Source: Parcubacteria group bacterium
GTDB lineage: Bacteria > Patescibacteriota > Minisyncoccia > Phycocordibacterales > 21-14-all-47-15
Direction: 5' to 3'
Assembly: GCA_016181845.1 (NCBI GenBank)
Contig: JACOYO010000002.1
Coordinates: 20,780-84,779, forward strand
Length of the DNA stretch: 64,000 bases
The notes below the pieces were generated by a model, which was given only the letters and a program-made list of their open reading frames with translations, was not told the origin of the DNA and made no database searches. This document shows positions 37,234-46,137 of this stretch, in pieces (the first letter of the stretch is position 1; each line of letters begins with the position of its first letter). The translations under genes and the position numbers were made by a program.

Positions 37234-39837
37234 ATGGCGTCTAATTCTCAAGATGGGCCGGAAAAATTTGGAGCAATAGGCGCCCGTTTGGGTGGGCAAG
37301 CGGAAGAGTTGAAGAAAACATTGTTCCCCGGGCTCTCATCAGAAGAAGTATCAGAATCAAAAAAAGAAAAACCGACAGAAAGTATTTCTGCCGCTCATGC
37401 TATACCGATTAAAGAAGGCACAGGCGTCGGGGTAACTATTCAAAAACAAGGAAAGGAATCGTGGTTTCAGGCCGGAACAGAAAAAAAAGAAGCCGCCACC
37501 CTTGCTCAATATGATAGGCCGGGCAAAAAGAAAGAAACAAACGAAGAGCTTATTGAGAGGCTATCAAAAGAAAGAAAAGAAAGAGAGGAGCGGGAAAAAC
37601 AGCTTCGGACCGGCGCTAAAGAAGCGGCCGCCGTTGCGCCGGCATTTTTTCAAATACCGGAACGAGAACCTGTGGAACCTGAAAAAGAAAAAAAGGAAAC
37701 GGTAAAAAACGAAAGCGACGAAGCCCTAGGCATACCGGAATCGGCGGCTCGGTTCCAAGCAAGCGCCACGGAGAAAAAGAGCATTATAGAAGAACTCAAA
37801 AAAGAAACGGACACGGAAAAGAGAAAGAATCTGTGGCATAAAAAAAATCATATCATCCTGGAGCATCAGAGAAACTGGGCGGCTTTTGCGTATGAGAACG
37901 CACAGAACGAAGAGCAAAAAAATAAAGCAAAAGAAGATTTTGTTTTCGCAAATAAAATGCTTGCGGAATACACGAGTGACCCTGGCGCATATGAAAAAAA
38001 GAATAAGTGGGAGTATCAGGATTTGCCGGCACAACCGGTTAGACCAATTGCGCCAGCAGCTGAAGAGCCAGATGCCGCAATAAAAAAAGAAGAAGAATCT
38101 GAAAAGCCGACAAACACTCCTTTGCAAACAGAAAACCTTTCTGAAGAAAAAATACCTCTCGTGAAAGAGGAAACAGCAAAAAATAAAGGGCCCTCCTCTA
38201 TCACCGAAGAACATGAGCCTACATTTAGCGTCGCCGAAGAACTTGAAAGGGCTCTTAAAGAAAAAACACCGATAGCCACTGCAGAAAACAAGGAAACATC
38301 TCCTGGCGCTGATGTGGTGGGCACTCCCCGCGAGCCACAAAACAACAAACCGATAGAACAGCTTGGAGAAACAATGTCGCCTGAAGATAAGACGAAAATT
38401 GAGCAAAGGATAGAAAATCTAAATAAAACGCTTGACGCGCAAGCAGAACAAATTGAAAAAGACGCAGAGAAAAAAGGATACCTTGATTTTATTCGCGATG
38501 TCGGTAGAAATTACAAAAAAGCGCGGCTGACTTTCAAAATCGCTTTGCCGCTCGCTGTTTTGGCTGGAGTTTCATCGGGTGGAGTCGCCGCCTTGCTTGG
38601 AGCGAGTGTTGGCATTGTGGCGCGAATCGGAGCAGGGGCGACAGTATTTGTCGGCGCCGAAGCATTCTTGGAAAAAAAGAGACAGGAAAAAGAGCGCTGG
38701 TGGAATAAAAATCCTAAAATTATGGCGGCGGTTTCTGCCGGCATCATGGCGGGTCCTGTTATGAGCAAGGTGATAAGCGCCACAAATGCTGATGAGTGGC
38801 TCTCTCATACGTGGGATAAAGTATTTGGCGGAGGCGAAGTGGCGCAATCGGCGCTGGAGCAGACACAAGATAAAATAATACCGCCGCCAACCACCCCATC
38901 GATGACCCCTGAAGTAAAAGCGGCTTTGGAGCAGGCGCATGAGGCTATGGTGTCGCCGTCAGAAGTGGCGCCAGCGCCTTCCGTAGCGACGGTGATAGAA
39001 CATGTTGCTCCAGTAGCGGCTCTTGAATCAATACACACAGTTGTCTCCGGAGAAAATCTGCATAACATTATCGCCAATATGAAAGAATTGAGCGAGCTTG
39101 ACGGCGGGAGAAAAGAAAATGCCATCGCGAATATTTTGGAACAAATAAATAAAAATCCTATTGACTACGGCGTTGCAAGCGGCGACGTCAACCGGCTTGC
39201 GATAGGCGACCATATTAATATGGAAAAAATTCACGCGGCGTTTTTGGAAACAAAAATCGGCGGCGAGAGTATCGTAGAGCACGCGCAACACCTTACGACG
39301 GAACAAGTGGCGCATATTGAGGCGCCGCAACACGAGGTAGTTAGTGAAACAACTCCCGTAGCTGAAACAGAACCAAAACCGCTTTCCGTGGAAGACAGGA
39401 ATGCTCAAGATGTGAAAAATATTGATGAGCTTGAGAAACAGTATAAGGTTGGAAAATACGCGGTGGCAAGCCAAGCCGATGCCGGGGCTTTTGATATCAG
39501 CGATAAAGGCATTGCGGGTATGAGTGGCGAGGTGGCGGCAGACATGAGCGCGACAGAAAATTTAACGAAAACAATACAACGCGGACTTGAGCATGTTTTC
39601 GGAGTGGGGGAAAGAGAGTTGGGAGATACGAGCTGGACAGTTCTACAGAGCGAAAATGCCGAGGAATTTTTAGATAAATTTTCTCTTGATATGGACAGCC
39701 CCGAAGAAAAACTTAAAGATTATTTAAATACGATGATACATGACACGAAAATCAATCCGCGTGCCGGAGAAACCATTTTAGACTATCTCACGCGCATCGT
39801 GGAACAAGATGTTACTTTGAGATATTCATACGATTAA
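37234..39837 (+). CDS. large hypothetical protein: K/E-rich coiled-coil N-terminal half, central TM segments
   Basis: 867-aa ORF; composition only. Confidence 0.5.
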   Translation: MASNSQDGPEKFGAIGARLGGQAEELKKTLFPGLSSEEVSESKKEKPTESISAAHAIPIKEGTGVGVTIQKQGKESWFQAGTEKKEAATLAQYDRPGKKKETNEELIERLSKERKEREEREKQLRTGAKEAAAVAPAFFQIPEREPVEPEKEKKETVKNESDEALGIPESAARFQASATEKKSIIEELKKETDTEKRKNLWHKKNHIILEHQRNWAAFAYENAQNEEQKNKAKEDFVFANKMLAEYTSDPGAYEKKNKWEYQDLPAQPVRPIAPAAEEPDAAIKKEEESEKPTNTPLQTENLSEEKIPLVKEETAKNKGPSSITEEHEPTFSVAEELERALKEKTPIATAENKETSPGADVVGTPREPQNNKPIEQLGETMSPEDKTKIEQRIENLNKTLDAQAEQIEKDAEKKGYLDFIRDVGRNYKKARLTFKIALPLAVLAGVSSGGVAALLGASVGIVARIGAGATVFVGAEAFLEKKRQEKERWWNKNPKIMAAVSAGIMAGPVMSKVISATNADEWLSHTWDKVFGGGEVAQSALEQTQDKIIPPPTTPSMTPEVKAALEQAHEAMVSPSEVAPAPSVATVIEHVAPVAALESIHTVVSGENLHNIIANMKELSELDGGRKENAIANILEQINKNPIDYGVASGDVNRLAIGDHINMEKIHAAFLETKIGGESIVEHAQHLTTEQVAHIEAPQHEVVSETTPVAETEPKPLSVEDRNAQDVKNIDELEKQYKVGKYAVASQADAGAFDISDKGIAGMSGEVAADMSATENLTKTIQRGLEHVFGVGERELGDTSWTVLQSENAEEFLDKFSLDMDSPEEKLKDYLNTMIHDTKINPRAGETILDYLTRIVEQDVTLRYSYD

Positions 39838-39855
39838 CAAATAAATACCCACATT

Positions 39856-40167
39856 ATGATTACAAACCAAGACATACGCGAACAAATTATCAAAGAGCTT
39901 GAGCTGGGCGGACTTCCAAGTGAGGCGCAGGATGAAATTATTTCAAAACTTGCTGAAAACCTGCTCAAAAAAATTGCAATAGTGATGCTTGATAAACTTC
40001 CGGAAGACAAACGCGGTGAATTTGAAGCGCTTGCAAATGCCGGAGACACGGGGCAAGTGTACGCGTTTTTACAAGCGCACATTCCCGATGCGTCAGCGCT
40101 TATTCAAGCGGAGCTACAAGGTAGCATTGCGGAAATTAAACAGATAAACGATCGGGCGAAAATATAG
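39856..40167 (+). CDS. hypothetical 103-aa protein
   Basis: ORF track; followed by a family-A half-site hairpin. Confidence 0.45.
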   Translation: MITNQDIREQIIKELELGGLPSEAQDEIISKLAENLLKKIAIVMLDKLPEDKRGEFEALANAGDTGQVYAFLQAHIPDASALIQAELQGSIAEIKQINDRAKI

Positions 40168-40173
40168 ATTAGC

Positions 40174-40201
40174 AGAAGTCGGATATCGGATGTCCGACTT
40201 T
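40174..40201 (+). repeat. family-A half-site hairpin (AGAAGTCGGATATCGGATGTCCGACTT), followed at 40245 by the shared TCGCAATTCAAAGTAT motif
   Basis: Matches the extra half-sites of copies 2 and 3. Confidence 0.6.
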
Positions 40202-40574
40202 AGCGGGTGAACAAAAAGGCGATGTTAAACCCCCGGCTTTTTTGTATCTCGCAATTCAAAGTATCCCAGTATATTATACTGGGAATAGTAGTTTCATACG
40301 ATATATAGTATGAAAATTAAAATTAAATAATTTGTAACCAATTTTTCGCTATAGCGAAAGTTGTGTGATGGGTACATTTTTCATATTTTTATACCGAAAA
40401 ATATACCAGTGGTAAAATTGTAAAAATTATTTCGGCTGAGTTGAGGGCGAAATTATAATAACCAATTCTTATTTCGCCAGTTGCGAAGACGAAACACAGG
40501 TTCAATACCCATGAGGTTTGCTCCAAGGAACATCTATTTTTTCAAGTTTTTTCTTTTATGCTATCATCAGCAAA

Positions 40575-42533
40575 ATGGAGCATCTCAAAACGCTGAATGA
40601 AGCGCAAAAAACTGCCGTACTTCACACGGATGGACCGCTTTTGATTATCGCGGGGGCGGGCGCCGGAAAAACAAAAACCATCACCTGCCGCATCGCGCAT
40701 TTGATAAAAAAAGGCGTGCCGCCGGAGCGGATTCTTGCTGTTACATTCACCAACAAAGCGGCAAAAGAAATGAGAGAACGCGTCGCAGTACTTTTGGGCA
40801 GGAAAGTTCCATACACGCCTTTTTTTTCAGATTCAGGGACCCCGCTCGTAAGCACGTTTCACTCGCTCGGAGTGCAGATGTTGCGCGAGAGCGGTCACGC
40901 GCTCGGTATAAAAAAACAATTTAGCGTTTTTGACGACGGCGACTCTATTTCAGCGATAAAAGAAGCGTTGAAACGCGCCGAGCTTGACCCGAAACAGTTT
41001 GAACCGCGCCGGATGAAAAACGCGATTTCGCGATATAAAGAAGAAGGACTATCCTATGCGAAGTTTGCAGAACAAGTTGGCAATGAATATTTTCCGCGCA
41101 TGGTGGAGAAAGTGTGGCACGAGTATGACGCGATTTTGAAAAAAGAACACGCGCTTGATTTTGATGACCTGCTTCTGCAGACGCTACTTTTGTTGCGCGA
41201 GCACGCGGATGTTCGCGAAGCGTATCAAAGACGCTGGCAGTATGTTCATATTGATGAATATCAGGACACAAACGCGATTCAGTATGAAATTTCACGCTTG
41301 CTTGCGGGAGAGCGCAAGAATATCTGTGTTGTCGGCGATTTGGACCAATCAATTTATTCATGGCGAGGCGCGGACTTCAGAAACATTTTGAATTTTGAAA
41401 AAGAGTATCCGGATGCAAAAATTGTTATGCTTGAACAAAATTACCGTTCTACCAAGACGATTCTTGCCGCGGCAAACGATGTGATAACACAGAACAAATT
41501 GCGCAAGGAAAAGAAATTATTCACTGATAACAAAGACGGAGAAAAAATCGCGCTGTATGCTGGCTACGATGAAAACGACGAAGCGCGTTTTGTCGCGAAC
41601 AAAGCGTCGGCGCTTATTGCTTCCGGCATCTCGCCAAGTGATATTGCGGTTCTCTATCGTGCCAACTTTCAGTCGCGCGCGATTGAAGAGGCGATGATTT
41701 TGCTCGCGGTGCCGTATCAGGTGCTTGGTGTCCGCTTTTTTGAGCGCAGAGAGGTGAAAGACGTGCTTTCGTTTTTGCGCCTTGCTCTTAACCCGGAAAG
41801 CGTCGCCGACCTTGCGCGGATTATCAATGTGCCGCCGCGTGGGATTGGCAAAGTGACGCTTGGAAAGGTGGTTGTCGGAAAAGAAAATGAACTGCCCGCG
41901 GCGACGCGCGCAAAAGTTGGCGCGTTTAGAAAACTCATGGAACATATCCGCGGGGAAATCCCGAAATTAAAAACATCGGAATTGATAAAATATATTGTGC
42001 AAAAAAGCGGTCTTGAAGCGGCTTTGAAAAACGGTTCCGACGACGACAAAGAGCGCCTCATGAACATGATGGAGCTCGCCGCGTTTGCCATAAAATATGA
42101 CACGCTTCCGACAGAAGAGGGGGCGCAAACCATTCTCTCTGACGCGGCGCTCGCGAGCGACCAAGACTCTTTGGACGACAAGACACAAAAAAAAGAAGGG
42201 GTAAAATTAATGACCGTGCACGCGTCAAAAGGGCTTGAATTTGAATATGTGTTTATCACCGGACTTGAGCAGGATTTGTTTCCGCATGTAAACTTGGGGA
42301 ATCCGGAATCAAACGACGAACGCTACGAAGAAGAGCGGCGTCTTTTTTATGTGGCTCTCACTCGCGCGAAAGAAAAATTATTTTTATCGTATGCCTCCAC
42401 GCGGACTATCTTTGGCTCAAAGCAAATGAACATTCCGTCTGATTTTTTGAACGACATTGATTCGGCGCACCTTGAACTGATTGACGGCGAAGAAATGGAT
42501 GCTCCTCGGGATTTATTTGAGACTATTGAGTAG
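40575..42533 (+). CDS. uvrD: UvrD/PcrA-family ATP-dependent DNA helicase
   Basis: AGAGAGKTKT Walker A, VTFTNKAAKEM, DEYQDTN, UvrD C-terminal motifs. Confidence 0.9.
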   Translation: MEHLKTLNEAQKTAVLHTDGPLLIIAGAGAGKTKTITCRIAHLIKKGVPPERILAVTFTNKAAKEMRERVAVLLGRKVPYTPFFSDSGTPLVSTFHSLGVQMLRESGHALGIKKQFSVFDDGDSISAIKEALKRAELDPKQFEPRRMKNAISRYKEEGLSYAKFAEQVGNEYFPRMVEKVWHEYDAILKKEHALDFDDLLLQTLLLLREHADVREAYQRRWQYVHIDEYQDTNAIQYEISRLLAGERKNICVVGDLDQSIYSWRGADFRNILNFEKEYPDAKIVMLEQNYRSTKTILAAANDVITQNKLRKEKKLFTDNKDGEKIALYAGYDENDEARFVANKASALIASGISPSDIAVLYRANFQSRAIEEAMILLAVPYQVLGVRFFERREVKDVLSFLRLALNPESVADLARIINVPPRGIGKVTLGKVVVGKENELPAATRAKVGAFRKLMEHIRGEIPKLKTSELIKYIVQKSGLEAALKNGSDDDKERLMNMMELAAFAIKYDTLPTEEGAQTILSDAALASDQDSLDDKTQKKEGVKLMTVHASKGLEFEYVFITGLEQDLFPHVNLGNPESNDERYEEERRLFYVALTRAKEKLFLSYASTRTIFGSKQMNIPSDFLNDIDSAHLELIDGEEMDAPRDLFETIE

Positions 42534-42608
42534 CCACGCGCAGAAATGGCGCCGCATAAAAAAACCGACCGCGGAGACGGTCGGCAGTGCGTGCCAAGAA
42601 ATGTTTGG

Positions 42609-42749
42609 TTACTCGGTTTCTTCATTGGCTTCTTTTTTTATTTCTCCGAACATCTTTGCCGCCGTTTCCGCGTCTATCTTTTCTTGAGCGCTTTCCGGCG
42701 AAAGCATGTCGGCTGTTTTCTCTTTCTCTTTTACTTTTATTTTTTGCAT
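42609..42749 (-). CDS. 46-aa small protein (not in ORF track) with GGAGG SD and downstream terminator
   Basis: Manual translation MQKIKVKEKEKTADMLSPESAQEKIDAETAAKMFGEIKKEANEETE; SD GGAGGAAAAATG; terminator CCGACCGTCTCCGCGGTCGGTTTTTTT at 42555-42585. Confidence 0.4.
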   Translation of the reverse strand: MQKIKVKEKEKTADMLSPESAQEKIDAETAAKMFGEIKKEANEETE

Positions 42750-42811
42750 TTTTCCTCCAATTTATACAAGCGGCGTTTTTTTAGAGTAGCATTATAAGAC
42801 GCCCATGTCAA

Positions 42812-43366
42812 TTATTTTAGTGTCTGTGTCGTTTTGGTTTTTATAATATCGGCAATCGCTTGCGCCGATCGGGAAAGAATTTCTCCATAAGCGTCTTTTT
42901 CTTCGTTGGGGTCTATGCCACCAGGTGGAACTCTAATGAGCACATTGGCTTTGTAATCATCTTTGTCTCCGGTAGTTACGTCTAAAGTTACCAAAATTAG
43001 TTGTCCGTTTGGCGCTTCGTATTCAAAAAACGCATCAATCCCGTGATGAAAATCAAGGGATGTTTTTTTGTGAGGGGAGCGAGAAACAGCGGTATAAAAT
43101 TTGAGAGTTTTATAATCTAGAATACCGAGAAGCTCCGCGACGCTGGCGTGAAGGTCGTTGGCAAACCGCGGGTCAGGGTCGCTCGGGTCCTCAAATGGTT
43201 GCGTTTTTTTTACCACAGCGACGGCGTTTCTAAACTTTTCATATACAAGCGGTTGCGGATTAATCTCAACGCTTCCAAAAAGCTCGTGTTCCACAATTCC
43301 ACCGGTTGCACCTTGATAGCGCTCATAATTCATGACTAAATCGTAGCATAAAAAATTATCTTGCAT
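42812..43366 (-). CDS. hypothetical protein
   Basis: ORF track only. Confidence 0.45.
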   Translation of the reverse strand: MQDNFLCYDLVMNYERYQGATGGIVEHELFGSVEINPQPLVYEKFRNAVAVVKKTQPFEDPSDPDPRFANDLHASVAELLGILDYKTLKFYTAVSRSPHKKTSLDFHHGIDAFFEYEAPNGQLILVTLDVTTGDKDDYKANVLIRVPPGGIDPNEEKDAYGEILSRSAQAIADIIKTKTTQTLK

Positions 43367-43455
43367 AGACTGCGTTATAAGGTAGTGTGGCTGGACTTTT
43401 TTATTCTGTGTGATATATTATAAAAAACTCAAAACCCCAAAGGAGGGAATGTACC

Positions 43456-43938
43456 GTGAAAACAAAAAAAGAGAGTATGATCGCCGTGGCTTTTTGCAGT
43501 TTGTTAATCTTATTTTGGTTTTTGGCGCCAAACGCAGTTGCGTTGGTGCATACGCCCATGATGCACGACGCGCATGGACACTCTAACCATTTGTCGCCCC
43601 AAAAATCGCCGCCAAAATCGGATGTCGTTCCTGCCCAGGGCGATATGTTTGACGCGGCGAAGGCGCTTGCGGATTTGGACAAAAAGTATCTAGCCGCCCA
43701 AAACGAAGAAGAGAAAGATTTATTGAGACAAAAAATCGCCCGCACCGCTCTAGTGAGCGGGAGGAGCGGAAAAATTTTGTCTCAAAAAGACGGGCGAGTC
43801 GTGAATGGGCGCGTTGGCCATGCGGATGACCCGAATTATTGGATTATCAACGCAAGGTCAGACGGACATCAAGTCACTTGCGCAATTATTTCTCGTGACG
43901 GGAGAGAAAAATCTGAATTTTCTTTTTTTCTTCATTAA
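43456..43938 (+). CDS. secreted His-rich hypothetical protein (GTG start, SD AAGGAGGG)
   Basis: Signal peptide; HTPMMHDAHGHSNH. Confidence 0.5.
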   Translation: MKTKKESMIAVAFCSLLILFWFLAPNAVALVHTPMMHDAHGHSNHLSPQKSPPKSDVVPAQGDMFDAAKALADLDKKYLAAQNEEEKDLLRQKIARTALVSGRSGKILSQKDGRVVNGRVGHADDPNYWIINARSDGHQVTCAIISRDGREKSEFSFFLH

Positions 43939-44004
43939 GAGTCCGGGAGCCAGTCTGAACATACAGAGTCAAAGAGCGCCGCTTCTAGCGCGCGCTCTTT
44001 TTTA

Positions 44005-44868
44005 TTGTATGATAGTCGTATGAAGCCGAAGAAATCATTAGGACAACATTTTCTGAACTCGCCGGAGACGGTGCGAAAAATTATTGAAATCGCGGAACTT
44101 TCGCTGGACGATATCGTGCTTGAAGTGGGACCCGGCAGAGGAGGGCTGACCAAAGCGCTCTTGGAGCGCGCCGGAAAAGTTATTGCTGTGGAAAAAGACC
44201 GTGAACTAAAACCATTTCTTGAAAATCTGTTTCAGGAAGAAATAAAAAAAGGAACGCTCGAGCTTGTGTTCGGCGATATATTGCAATTTACAAAGGAGGA
44301 ACCTTTGTACAAAGGTTCCTCCTTTGTAAATTGTGGGAAAAACTATAAGATTGTGGCGAATATCCCGTATTATATTACCGGCGAATTGCTCCGGCTTTTT
44401 TTGTCCGGAGATTTTCAGCCGAAAAGTATGACCCTTCTTGTGCAAAAAGAAGTCGCGGAGCGTATTGTGGCGCGTGATGGCAAAGAAAGCATTCTCTCAA
44501 TAAGTGTTAAAGCGTATGGTGTGCCGACATATATTCAAACGGTATCGGCGCGCGATTTTTTGCCGCCCCCCAAAGTAGATTCGGCGATTTTGCACATTGA
44601 TGCGATTTCTAAAGATTTTTTTACTTTGCCGACTTGGAAACCCGACGTCCAAGTTGAAGAGGAATTTTTCAAATTGGTAAAAACCGGCTTTGCTCATAAG
44701 CGAAAATTGCTTATCGGTAACTTAAAAAACCCTTATAAATACAAAGGTTCCTCCTTTGTAGTACAAGCGTTAGAAAAATGCTCAATTCCTCAAAACGCTC
44801 GCGCGGAAAATGTCTCGCTTGATGGGTGGAAATGTCTTTTACGGAGAATTATGACTCAGGAATTATGA
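44005..44868 (+). CDS. rsmA: 16S rRNA (adenine1518/1519-N6)-dimethyltransferase RsmA/KsgA, with two in-frame palindromic insertions
   Basis: SLGQHFL, VLEVGPGRGGLT SAM motif, NIPYYIT; YKGSSFV encoded twice by a palindrome. Confidence 0.85.
   Translation: MYDSRMKPKKSLGQHFLNSPETVRKIIEIAELSLDDIVLEVGPGRGGLTKALLERAGKVIAVEKDRELKPFLENLFQEEIKKGTLELVFGDILQFTKEEPLYKGSSFVNCGKNYKIVANIPYYITGELLRLFLSGDFQPKSMTLLVQKEVAERIVARDGKESILSISVKAYGVPTYIQTVSARDFLPPPKVDSAILHIDAISKDFFTLPTWKPDVQVEEEFFKLVKTGFAHKRKLLIGNLKNPYKYKGSSFVVQALEKCSIPQNARAENVSLDGWKCLLRRIMTQEL
44289..44328. repeat. family-D 40-bp palindrome TACAAAGGAGGAACCTTTGTACAAAGGTTCCTCCTTTGTA, in-frame inside ksgA; further copies at 44750-44770 (in-frame) and 44942-44970
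   Basis: Read directly. Confidence 0.8.
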
Positions 44869-45068
44869 ATATAAAAAAGCGCAAAAACCAAAAGAAATTC
44901 ACTTGGAAGCGAAGCTTCCAAGTAAGAGTAAGATAGAAGAGAAATTTTTTGATTCTACAAAGGGTAGCCCTTTGTAGAATTCAATAGATATACACACATT
45001 TGGTACTTTGCCTTTTTGTAACGTGATATACTGTAAGGGTAGAATTAGGAGGATTCTAACTTTTTACT

Positions 45069-46055
45069 TTGAACTATTTTCCCAGCAAAAAGATTTTAAT
45101 GTTATTAGCGGTCCTGGCGCTTGGCGGCGGATTGTGGGGGTTTATGTCGTCTCGCACCGAATCAAACAAACTGCCCGGAACACTCGTATTTACCAATAGC
45201 GGCGCCGCGCAAGCACCACTCCGTGGCATCACGCAAAAAGACAGCGATACCGACGGTCTTTTTGATTGGGAGGAGATGCTTTGGAAGACAGACCCCAACA
45301 ATCCCGATACTGACGGTGACGGTACAAACGACGGCGACGAAATTAAACTAAAACGAAATCCTTTGAAGCCAGGGCCAGACGATGCTTTGCCGGACGATTT
45401 TTTACATCAACAAACTCAAACAAACGAGCCGGACGAGAAATTGACGCAAACCCAGCTTCTTACGCGCGATTTTATCAGCACCTATCTCAAACTCAAACAA
45501 ACGGACCAATTTACGCCTGAAAATCAGGAGAAGCTCGTTAGTAGTTTTATGGAAGAAGCGCTCTCGCGCGCTCAAACAACAGAAAACCCCGCGCGTTCTT
45601 TAGAGGAACTCACGATTGAAGATGAGGCCGGTATCATTCCGATAAGCCAATATGCGCAAGCATTGGAATCTGCTTTAGGAAAAAATTTCTCTTACTCATT
45701 TTTTGGGCAGGAGCTTATACTGCTCAAAAATATTTTGGAGAAAAAAGATTCGCGCACGATAGCCGTATTTGGTGAAGCGGAAAAAGCATACCGAAATCTT
45801 GCGGACGAACTGCTCAAGACGCGCGTGCCGCGTGAGATAGCAGTGTCTCATATCGCGCTTATCAACAGCGCGCTCGTGATTGCAAAAAGTTTTTCCGACA
45901 TAATGCTCCTCCCGACAGACCCGCTCCAGGCACTTACCGGCGTGAAAAGATATGATGAAGAATTGGTCAATTTTGGAAAATATTTGAGCGATATTTCATC
46001 TTACATTCTGCGGGTGACAAACGAAGCAGAAAATAAACTAAAAACTAAAAACTAA
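45069..46055 (+). CDS. secreted protein with thrombospondin type-3-like Ca-binding repeats
   Basis: Signal peptide; DSDTDGLFDWEE...DPNNPDTDGDGTNDGDE. Confidence 0.6.
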   Translation: MNYFPSKKILMLLAVLALGGGLWGFMSSRTESNKLPGTLVFTNSGAAQAPLRGITQKDSDTDGLFDWEEMLWKTDPNNPDTDGDGTNDGDEIKLKRNPLKPGPDDALPDDFLHQQTQTNEPDEKLTQTQLLTRDFISTYLKLKQTDQFTPENQEKLVSSFMEEALSRAQTTENPARSLEELTIEDEAGIIPISQYAQALESALGKNFSYSFFGQELILLKNILEKKDSRTIAVFGEAEKAYRNLADELLKTRVPREIAVSHIALINSALVIAKSFSDIMLLPTDPLQALTGVKRYDEELVNFGKYLSDISSYILRVTNEAENKLKTKN

Positions 46056-46124
46056 AAATGAAAAACAACAATGCAAAACTAAAAACTTTAAATTTTAAGT
46101 TGTTGTTTTTCATTTTTCGTTTTT
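46049..46124. repeat. family-B AT-rich inverted-repeat hairpin (AAAAATGAAAAACAACAA ... TTGTTGTTTTTCATTTTT), cargo-less copy
   Basis: Arms related to those flanking 50760..51065. Confidence 0.6.
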
Positions 46125-46137
46125 AAGTTTACATTTT

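Noticed and set aside
37726-38406. 226-aa minus-strand ORF inside the 867-aa gene; similar antisense ORFs inside PBP1A, VirB6-like, polA and others
   Set aside because: Low-complexity antisense frames of K/E-rich or GC-biased coding sequence; the plus-strand genes have clear domain support.
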